Below the pieces are notes generated by a model. That model did not search any database. It saw only the letters and a list, made by a program, of their open reading frames with translations, and was not told the origin of the DNA. Shown piece after piece: positions 56,001-62,576 of a DNA stretch of 64,000 nt. Both the position numbers and the translations under genes were made by a program. Each line of letters starts with the position of its first letter. The first letter of the stretch is position 1. Location: IMG/VR virus record IMGVR_UViG_3300035212_003113, positions 1 through 64,000 of that record; one strand, 5' to 3'.

Positions 56001-56300
56001 GGCGTAGAGAGCATTGCTGGTGCCAGCGGCATCATAGACCTTGTCGATCCAGCTGGTAGCGCTCCAGTATCAAGCGGACCTCTTGGTCTAGCTGGAGGCG
56101 CAGACCAGGTGCCAGGAGTTCTAGGAATTGCTGTAGTAGGAAATGCAGTATCTGTATCGGTTCCTGCCGGCACAGTTTCGGCAGACCTGGTAACGGCACT
56201 TAATGCGAACGCGCCATTTGCTGCGCTGGCGGTTGCTTCGGCATCGGATGCAGATCCGGTCGAAACAACTGGTACGGTTACGCTATCTGGCGGCCAGTGA
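53010..56300 (+). CDS. large Ala/Ser/Thr-rich protein with three LamG (ConA-like) domains, putative virion appendage
   Basis: three xFTIEAW...WxHxAVxRSxG modules; GGAGG SD. Confidence 0.8.
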   Translation: MTMIFDPVMLDPMPGDRSGGPAYASGSIGNMLYTAAMAGSDGNLIGVTHNLAPATSAVAASLSIDGMTYRARNAGVGGNSITVQHSSAAIAAIAAGATIGGIAYTAISSGAAGNNISVTASLGSAAVAGTATLNRSIPSLGVDWPFTITDKPAYYGVPTTVRLMGSSIETPSAALPATGVNDPYFANTPILVRAGSTSTVINNNTFRDSSTNALTVSRTGNVQQGTFSPHTKPDGYWSTFFSSSSDYMSVTDNVAFTFTGDFTIEAWISPTVAASQSIVSHWQSGLATGCSFALHLTATNALRFSYGIGPTNLAIESAASAITLNQWSHVAVSRSGTSLMMFVNGQLVNSTTASGSLNNCPNPLYIGTTTTDFFRGYISNLRLVKGTAVYTGAFSVPTSPLTAVSGTSLLTCQSNNVFDRSSNGFTITASYAKVLPIGPFASPEYTVATNGASAYFDGVGDLAAISDNNAFTLSGNFTIEAWIYADLSTGAAAEQTIAAHWLSASAIASSFILATTSTTGVKFTYAVGSTTATLTGAAGSLRSSAWNHVAVTRSSGSIRLFANGRQVASGFSASALNNSTSNLTLGYRTSTETFYLKGYVSDFRVINGSAAYTAAFAVPTAPLTVAPSTALLLSFANAEIQNLGGLSNIETAGSTISWSIGNKYNSKSVYFDGVGDYLSIGPVNNPHLAIGTADFTIEAWIYRTAGGSGFPALYANYGGSRSGAHLLRIIGPTNKAAFYVYPSTDVVTSTSDIALNTWTHIAVSRSGSNTYLYVNGVLEASSTTAYTLTSDPLHPATSGGYWQSAAIEPNGYFTGRIEDLRVTVGVARYEGATSVTRELSGSTEIVRFPNNTSVNQILAVVGDGGTNVSSRVSISATPSTATLSFTDPASNPGATTSGGSSAAPLSVAVTGSDISITLSASGSTSAEVCTLLTNTASTAALVSATPSVESASAAAKTFLSGGVNASAGVLAASASGDAVSISVPVGTTNVELKSFLEGVESIAGASGIIDLVDPAGSAPVSSGPLGLAGGADQVPGVLGIAVVGNAVSVSVPAGTVSADLVTALNANAPFAALAVASASDADPVETTGTVTLSGGQ

Positions 56301-56315
56301 AGCCAAGCTGATTAC

Positions 56316-56350
56316 TAAAAGGCGGCGGCTAGTCCGCCGCCTTTTTATTT
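56316..56350 (+). terminator. intrinsic terminator
   Basis: AAAAGGCGGCGG-CTAGT-CCGCCGCCTTTTT. Confidence 0.75.
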
Positions 56351-56372
56351 GCACTTGGCAGCGGGGGCGGCC

Positions 56373-56398
56373 CTAAAGCCGGACCCGCCCGATCCCGT
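56373..56398 (+). promoter_or_regulatory. motif copy 16 (variant)
   Basis: CTAAA gccggacccgccc GATCCCGT gtgg CGA. Confidence 0.6.
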
Positions 56399-56432
56399 GT
56401 GGCGACCGCCGCGCCCTATGCCGGAGCCTATT

Positions 56433-56696
56433 GTGAAACTACTTGATTATGAGATAGGCGAAGCTGCGACCGCAGGCTCTACTTTGGACATGGTGCGCAT
56501 AGCTGCGCGATACATGGGCCTTAATGCTAATGCCGCCAGTCTAGAAGTTAAAAGAAGCAGATACTTAATAGACCTGCGGGATTGGACAAGGATAGAGATT
56601 CCCTGCGGAGATACCATCCATATACTTTATACAGATGGATTCATTCGCAGAATAAAAAACGATGGCTGTGTCTCTGCTCTTATATCTGGGTGGTAA
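56433..56696 (+). CDS. family A paralog (divergent)
   Basis: GTG MKLLDYEIGEAA...YMGL. Confidence 0.7.
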   Translation: MKLLDYEIGEAATAGSTLDMVRIAARYMGLNANAASLEVKRSRYLIDLRDWTRIEIPCGDTIHILYTDGFIRRIKNDGCVSALISGW

Positions 56697-57070
56697 AAAC
56701 TATATGAACAATCATCCTGGTTGGACACGGGACGGACGATGTGTAGTCTGCGACACCCGAGAAGCGCGGATACCATGCACTTTCTTGAGCGACGAAAAGC
56801 AACAGCCTCAAGAGATGGAGCATGCAGATGACTGCCCGTGGTGGAGCGACTGGCACGCCTGCTCTTGCGGTGCGCTCGACTCAGGAGGATGAGCATGCCT
56901 TCGTAACCAGCGCAGCACCATTTTCTGATTGGTGTCGCCTAGTAGATTACGAGGGCATCATACAAGAAGGACCTGTCTGGGAATATTGGTGGGACGTTCC
57001 CGGCTGGTACTGCGGACTGTCATTTGAGTGGTAAGACTAACTAGCCGCCGAAGTGCTGCTAGGGAAATAA

Positions 57071-57340
57071 ATGAAATTCTGGCAGTATGAAATACTAGAT
57101 CGCTATCCAACATTTGATGGATGGATAGCCGAGTTTACTGAGGCAGCTACGCGAGGAGCCAGGTATCGGGCTCGCTATAGCAAGCCGGGGTTAGGTGCAA
57201 TATATCTTTTCTTTTCAGAAGATATGTCGCTCATCGACTGCTCTGGAACCCTGGACTTTTATTTTCAGATTGGGCCACAAGAATTAAAATGGGATCTTGA
57301 TTTCATACTAGGATCTTCACAGGTGAAGCGTTGGCACTAG
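57071..57340 (+). CDS. hypothetical protein (MKF start)
   Basis: 89-aa ORF. Confidence 0.6.
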   Translation: MKFWQYEILDRYPTFDGWIAEFTEAATRGARYRARYSKPGLGAIYLFFSEDMSLIDCSGTLDFYFQIGPQELKWDLDFILGSSQVKRWH

Positions 57341-57546
57341 ATATCAGGACAAGAAAGCGCAAAGGCTATACACCCAGTCCCGGTGATGTATTCCTTGACG
57401 ATAACGACGACCGCTATCTGCTTGCATTAGATGCTGCCGGCGGGCGCTTGGCAATATCTCTAGACACCTGGTTAGCGCTGCCCGCCAGCGAGATCAAACC
57501 TAAAGTATCTCTTGACGCAATTCTTATTCTGACGGAAGAGGATTGA
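57331..57546 (+). CDS. hypothetical protein
   Basis: AGGTG SD. Confidence 0.55.
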   Translation: MALDIRTRKRKGYTPSPGDVFLDDNDDRYLLALDAAGGRLAISLDTWLALPASEIKPKVSLDAILILTEED

Positions 57547-57770
57547 TGCAAACCTTTGGACAGTCTTCTGCTCCTGCTGCTAGGACCAGCATACATTCAT
57601 TCGACAAAGAGATTGTCATAGCCATATGGGATGACTATACTTATTATCACATAGATGATCGCGGCAAAACAACCATAGGCACAATGACGGCGCGCATGAT
57701 CCATGTCCTGCAATCTCTATTGGGCAATACTTCTCCGCTACACAACGCAGTTCTTTCGAGGGACAAATGA
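57543..57770 (+). CDS. hypothetical protein
   Basis: tiles with neighbours. Confidence 0.5.
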   Translation: MMQTFGQSSAPAARTSIHSFDKEIVIAIWDDYTYYHIDDRGKTTIGTMTARMIHVLQSLLGNTSPLHNAVLSRDK

Positions 57771-57921
57771 GCACTCTTGCTGGTCTATTCTTCGTTGCAT
57801 TTATCCTGATCGGAGTGATCAGTATAGTATCCATTCCTTTCTTCATGATATACACACTAGATGATGACCTGTCAGATGACGACCCCTTTGCAGACGAACT
57901 TGAGCAAGATCGGAGCAGCGA

Positions 57922-58245
57922 TTGAGTGAATTCATTAATGAGAACGACGGATTTTATGATGGCGAAGATGAGAAGGCCATCCTGGCTTCAATCGCAAGCA
58001 GCGAGCCTCATGTAGGATGCACCGTGCGCTTTGCCCCCGACTCTTTCTTTGCCAAGCGCGGGGGCCAGCTGCTGGCAACGGTAACAGGCGTTATAGAGCC
58101 GAGTGACGGTGATCGCGGACAGATAAATGTAAAGTGTTTGCCTGGAACGGATTGCTATCTGTCGCCTGGTGAAAGCGAAGTGTTCCCGTTGCTAGGCTGG
58201 GAAAAGACACTCGAGATTGTACAGCCTGCAAAGGAGAGCGAATGA
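57922..58245 (+). CDS. hypothetical protein
   Basis: GGAG SD. Confidence 0.65.
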   Translation: MSEFINENDGFYDGEDEKAILASIASSEPHVGCTVRFAPDSFFAKRGGQLLATVTGVIEPSDGDRGQINVKCLPGTDCYLSPGESEVFPLLGWEKTLEIVQPAKESE

Positions 58246-58511
58246 TTTATCTTGCACTTGTACCCAGCGTACCTGACTTTGGATGGGTTCTTGATTTCGG
58301 CGATAGCAGGGTACGACCTGCGCCAACTTGGTATTCTGCGGAGCACAGCCAGCTTGTTGTCAGCAGCACAGATATGTCGCGCCTACCACGAGAACATATC
58401 GCCATGATCGAGCACTATGAGGCCGCAATGATTGCCCATATTGCCGAGTGCGAAAGTGCCCGGCATATGCGCCCGTTTGTATGTTCTGAATCTCCGGAAG
58501 CGTGCTCATGA
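58242..58511 (+). CDS. hypothetical protein
   Basis: ATGA overlap. Confidence 0.6.
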   Translation: MIYLALVPSVPDFGWVLDFGDSRVRPAPTWYSAEHSQLVVSSTDMSRLPREHIAMIEHYEAAMIAHIAECESARHMRPFVCSESPEACS

Positions 58512-58684
58512 ATTTGTTACGAGCGGTTTCTCTTGTTGAAGGAGACGCAGAGGCTGAGAGCGAGGAAGAGGTTGTTTCTGCCTGGCAATATCTGCATGAT
58601 AGCGGAGCCGCATACAGCCTGCAAGGCTGGTATGGACGTACTGCAATCTACCTATTGCAGCGTGGCGTTATCAGGGGTCAGTGA
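58508..58684 (+). CDS. small hypothetical protein
   Basis: AWQYLHDSG...LQGWYGRTA pattern. Confidence 0.65.
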   Translation: MNLLRAVSLVEGDAEAESEEEVVSAWQYLHDSGAAYSLQGWYGRTAIYLLQRGVIRGQ

Positions 58685-59468
58685 GTTCGTATTCTGCAAA
58701 ATCTATGAGCACCGGTTGCCCGCCTCTAGACATCAGGTTCTCTTCGTGAAGATCGTTCCATGACACGCCATTCTCTAGGAGATCGCACAGCGCTTGCCTG
58801 ATATCTTCGCCGACCTCATCGCAGAGGTGTACATGTCGACTGCTTGCAGGTATGCTTTTTGCGCCTGCTATTCTAGTGACTGCCAGGTTGGCCAAATGCC
58901 TTGCGGTATCGACATGGGTACCGGCCGTAGTACGCACCACCTCTTCTGCTATACGCTGTACGCACTCGCCGTCATATGTCTCTGGTATACCGCGGGCTGC
59001 TAGCCGTTGGGCTACACAGCGTACTACGCTGTCTGCTAGCAGATTGCTGCTCGCCATCTGATAAAGACTGGATGCAATCATATGAAGAAAAGGCTCATTG
59101 TTTAGGCATGCCCGCTGCTCTTTCTTGCTTCTGTTGCATAGCGGAGCAAACAACCGCTCTGAAGCCGCTGGGCTGAGTGGCTCTAATGCTTCCATTAGCA
59201 CATAGCCACCGTGACCCACGAGCCAATCTGCTTCGTATATGTCTGGCAGGATGGCGGCCGCGAATGGACTTATTGTGCTTTTTATACTTTGTATTTTTCT
59301 AGTAGCCCGCAACTCTTGATCTGCAACAGACCTGCCTATTATTTTTAGCGCTGCCGGCGAGTCGTGCCATGAAGCGGCATATACCTTTCCATGCGCGCCT
59401 TCTCCTAGCACAGCACCGGCACCAGTTCTGCTTATGATCTCTTGATCGTTATACCGAGGGCTGTCCAT
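58671..59468 (-). CDS. protein-kinase-like (ePK/APH fold) protein
   Basis: LGEGAHGKVY, ALKII, DLHEENLM, LIDF. Confidence 0.7.
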   Translation of the reverse strand: MDSPRYNDQEIISRTGAGAVLGEGAHGKVYAASWHDSPAALKIIGRSVADQELRATRKIQSIKSTISPFAAAILPDIYEADWLVGHGGYVLMEALEPLSPAASERLFAPLCNRSKKEQRACLNNEPFLHMIASSLYQMASSNLLADSVVRCVAQRLAARGIPETYDGECVQRIAEEVVRTTAGTHVDTARHLANLAVTRIAGAKSIPASSRHVHLCDEVGEDIRQALCDLLENGVSWNDLHEENLMSRGGQPVLIDFAEYELTDP

Positions 59469-59492
59469 GGAGTCTTGTACAACCGGGCGGGC

Positions 59493-59518
59493 CTAAAGCC
59501 CGCGTCGCTCGATCCTGA
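59493..59518 (+). promoter_or_regulatory. motif copy 17
   Basis: CTAAA gcccgcgtcgctc GATCCTGA agcc CGA. Confidence 0.65.
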
Positions 59519-59549
59519 AGCCCGAAAACGAACTGTAGGAGAACCTTTT

Positions 59550-59927
59550 ATGGGACTTGATCAAAATGCTTATTACTGCAAGCCGCAAAGCATCGGGACA
59601 GCAGTCGTAGACTTCGGGCAGCCCGAGGATGCAAAAGATTTCTTTTACTGGCGCAAGCACCCAAACCTTCAGGGTTGGATGCGTCGGCTTTATGAAGCCA
59701 AGGGCGGCAAAGAGGAATTCAATTGCGTTCCTGTCCTGCTGACTGAGGCCGATCTTTCTGAGCTTGAACTGGATATCTTACGCGGCGCTCTGCCGCATAC
59801 CAATGGTTTCTTTTTTGGTTCATCCCGCAACGACGAAGACGAACAAGAGCGGGATCTTCAATTCATTCGACAGGCGCGTGAGCTGATCGTAAATGGCAGC
59901 GCTGTTTTTTATTCTTCTTGGTGGTGA
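59550..59927 (+). CDS. conserved phage hypothetical protein
   Basis: MGLDQ...YWRKHPNLQGWM...FFFG...YSSWW. Confidence 0.8.
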   Translation: MGLDQNAYYCKPQSIGTAVVDFGQPEDAKDFFYWRKHPNLQGWMRRLYEAKGGKEEFNCVPVLLTEADLSELELDILRGALPHTNGFFFGSSRNDEDEQERDLQFIRQARELIVNGSAVFYSSWW

Positions 59928-60082
59928 TATGATTCGTAGCATTTTTATTATCTGTATTCTTTCTGTTGCCTGTGGTCAAGTGCAGGAGCCAGCTCCTCGG
60001 CAGAGCCCAATCCCCGAAGTAAAGGTGATCGAGTCAGAGGTGGTTATCACCTACCTTTCGTCAAAATGAAACCGGAGGCCGT

Positions 60083-60739
60083 GTGAAGATATTTCATATT
60101 TCTGATACGCACGGCTCAGGCTTCTGGGATACGCCGCTAGGAGCAGACATCGATGTTGTTGTTCATAGCGGCGATGCCTTTCCTAACTCTACTCGTGGTC
60201 ATGTTGCAACCGAGCAGGTATATCAGTCCGGCTGGCTTAAACAGTTTGTAGAACCAATACGGACATGGTTGAATGGTCGCCCATTCATTTATGTACCGGG
60301 TAATCATGACTATATCGAGTTTGCAGACTTCCTACCTGCGCACCGAATTGATACAGACCCTATTCATGTGGCAGGCAAGTCCTGGCGAGGATTTCGCCAG
60401 ATACCATGGATTCGCGGGGAGTGGGCGGGTGAAATACATGCGCCAGACATGCAGGATATAATCGAAAGCATCTTCGACTGCGATAGTTCACTCTCTGCCC
60501 CAGAGGGCGACGTACTGGTGTGTCACTCTCCACCCGCCGGTGTATTTGATGCCAGCCCTAATGGCCTTTTCCATTACGGTATCAGCGCACTGAGCAATGC
60601 CCTTCAATATAGGAACCACGCTTTCAAGGCTGTGCTTTTCGGTCACGTACACCAGGAAAAGTACTGCCAGATGCGAAGGATGGGTATTATATTTAGCAAT
60701 GCCGCAGACAATCCTGGCGGCACCGTGGAGCTGCCTTGA
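60083..60739 (+). CDS. calcineurin-like metallophosphoesterase
   Basis: SDTH, SGD, GNHD, HSPP, GHVH. Confidence 0.85.
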   Translation: MKIFHISDTHGSGFWDTPLGADIDVVVHSGDAFPNSTRGHVATEQVYQSGWLKQFVEPIRTWLNGRPFIYVPGNHDYIEFADFLPAHRIDTDPIHVAGKSWRGFRQIPWIRGEWAGEIHAPDMQDIIESIFDCDSSLSAPEGDVLVCHSPPAGVFDASPNGLFHYGISALSNALQYRNHAFKAVLFGHVHQEKYCQMRRMGIIFSNAADNPGGTVELP

Positions 60740-61293
60740 AGCTTTCTGCTGCCGCTGCCCTAGTTGGAATTCCTGATGACTTCAGGCCAGCTAAGATAGG
60801 AGATCCATATAATTATCGTACCAAGATATTTGTACGCAATCGAGAATACATAAGAATCTTCTTACTGCAAGACGGCTCACTTTATTCAAAAGAATATGGC
60901 TACATGGCCAAGACTGATGGCGGGCGACTGACCCCAGACAGCTCTGTATCCAGAGGGCCGGCTATCCTAGTGTACTATCAGGATGGCTCCCCTTCTTCGC
61001 AGGCGTGGGCACGCGAGGGCGAGATTCATCGTGACAGCAGCAATGGTCCAGCACTGGTAAAGTATCACAAAGATGGAGATATGTATTCTGCTGAGTATCG
61101 GAATGGCGGGCGACTGCATCGTCCAAGGAAGCGAGGACCGGCTCTTTATTATGAGCGCGGCAGCGGTGATATTTACTTTGGCTTTTGGGAGGATGGCATC
61201 TGCATTGCAGAGTTCGAAGGGCCAATCCTAAAAGATTATGATCAGCCATTAGAGTTTTTTGAATCTAGTTATAAGAAAGTGCGGAGAAGTTAA
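60736..61293 (+). CDS. family D: MKL start plus divergent HRxxGPA repeats
   Basis: HRDSSNGPA, HRPRKRGPA. Confidence 0.7.
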   Translation: MKLSAAAALVGIPDDFRPAKIGDPYNYRTKIFVRNREYIRIFLLQDGSLYSKEYGYMAKTDGGRLTPDSSVSRGPAILVYYQDGSPSSQAWAREGEIHRDSSNGPALVKYHKDGDMYSAEYRNGGRLHRPRKRGPALYYERGSGDIYFGFWEDGICIAEFEGPILKDYDQPLEFFESSYKKVRRS

Positions 61294-61526
61294 TGAAGAA
61301 CGATATCCTTGGAATTGCACTACTTGCTGCTACGGCAGTTAACATTGCTATGTTTTTTGCCATCGCTGTTCCAGCGCTCGGTCTAGACGATGACGAAGAG
61401 AAGCCTGATCCGCCTGTGCCAGAGTTCAATTACACTGAGTCCCAGGTCCATTTTCTGCGGCGTGTGACAGATCCGGTAGAGACCGGCGGTTTGCAATGCT
61501 CCCGTTCTTATGCCTGTGAACCTTGA
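61293..61526 (+). CDS. small membrane-anchored protein
   Basis: N-terminal hydrophobic helix. Confidence 0.55.
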   Translation: MKNDILGIALLAATAVNIAMFFAIAVPALGLDDDEEKPDPPVPEFNYTESQVHFLRRVTDPVETGGLQCSRSYACEP

Positions 61527-61888
61527 TCGGGTTTTTCCGCAACTGCGCGCACCCAGACCTTTTCCGGCATCTCTGCGATGTTAGGCTCGTAGTATTCTTC
61601 TTCCTGATCAAACCGGATCTCATATCCGGTTGCAGTACCCATTTCTGCGCGTAGCTTGGCCTTGGCCTGCTCTTTGGCAACCGTAACTCCGCGATCTACA
61701 TCGCTGCCTTGGATATCTGCATAGCCTACTGCTGCCACCTCGCCCGCTTTTAATCCTGCGTTTGGGCTGGCAATCCAGTCTGGCTTGTCCTGAGCCAGGC
61801 GCATAATAACGCCATCCAAGGCACTGGCGGCTTCAGTATGGCCGCGCTCGTCCAGAAAGTTTGCGATTTTTATCAGGTCTTTTAGCAT
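61508..61888 (-). CDS. leader-family protein
   Basis: MLKDLIKIANFLDERGHTEAASALDGVI. Confidence 0.75.
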   Translation of the reverse strand: MLKDLIKIANFLDERGHTEAASALDGVIMRLAQDKPDWIASPNAGLKAGEVAAVGYADIQGSDVDRGVTVAKEQAKAKLRAEMGTATGYEIRFDQEEEYYEPNIAEMPEKVWVRAVAEKPDQGSQA

Positions 61889-61927
61889 AGCATCCTCGCT
61901 CCATATCCAATAAATTCATAGTAAGAC

Positions 61928-62227
61928 ATGAAGCTGAACCTGGCCAGAATCATACTTGATGCGCCCGAAGGCTGGGCGGTGCGTAACATCGGCAGGCAGC
62001 TAATCCTACTAAGTCCTCATGGTAAACATCCGAACTGCGAAATAGTTTTTACACTGCGAAAAGATGGATCTTTAATCTATAAAGACTACTACGAAAACGG
62101 CATCTTCCACCGCGAAGACGGCCCAGCAGTAACTGTATATAGCGAGTGCGGTAATACTGCAGAAGAGCTTTTCTACTGTCAGGGAAAGCTGTTAAACAGA
62201 AAGTGCTACAAGGATGAAGCTGAATAA
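61928..62227 (+). CDS. family D paralog
   Basis: MKLNLA...PEGW...HREDGPA. Confidence 0.75.
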   Translation: MKLNLARIILDAPEGWAVRNIGRQLILLSPHGKHPNCEIVFTLRKDGSLIYKDYYENGIFHREDGPAVTVYSECGNTAEELFYCQGKLLNRKCYKDEAE

Positions 62228-62528
62228 AGCGGCGGTGATTGCCGGACTACCTGACGGCTGGGAGCTGCAATACGATGGCGATATCATTTTGTATCAGATG
62301 GGAGACGCAGCAGTACAGCATGAATTCAGCGGCAACAACTTAATCAGTATTTCACATTTCCTAGAAGGAGAGCTGCACCGCGACCCTGTCAACGGGCCAG
62401 CTTATATTTGGTGGGTCGGCGATCAGGTTTATGAGAAATACTTTTTTGCTGGACTGCCTGCTGCCAGTCCCGCTGGCCACTACGGCGTGGTAAAAAAAGA
62501 TGACGGCAGCGTGCTACTTACTTACTAG
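62214..62528 (+). CDS. family D paralog
   Basis: MKLNKA...PDGW...HRDPVNGPA. Confidence 0.75.
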   Translation: MKLNKAAVIAGLPDGWELQYDGDIILYQMGDAAVQHEFSGNNLISISHFLEGELHRDPVNGPAYIWWVGDQVYEKYFFAGLPAASPAGHYGVVKKDDGSVLLTY

Positions 62529-62540
62529 AGCTGGCCGGAC

Positions 62541-62566
62541 CTAAAGACCGGTCGGGCCGATCCTGA
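62541..62566 (+). promoter_or_regulatory. motif copy 18
   Basis: CTAAA gaccggtcgggcc GATCCTGA. Confidence 0.6.
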
Positions 62567-62576
62567 CGGAGCGAAG

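Noticed and set aside
55442-56173. 243-aa antisense ORF
   Set aside because: Shadow of the Ala/Ser/Thr-rich C-terminus of the LamG protein.
2936-62566. GC motif as c-di-GMP-I riboswitch P3 (CCGGCCUAAACC-like) or REP/MITE element
   Set aside because: It lacks the rest of the riboswitch fold, has no terminal inverted repeats or target duplications, and occurs in a single orientation only.
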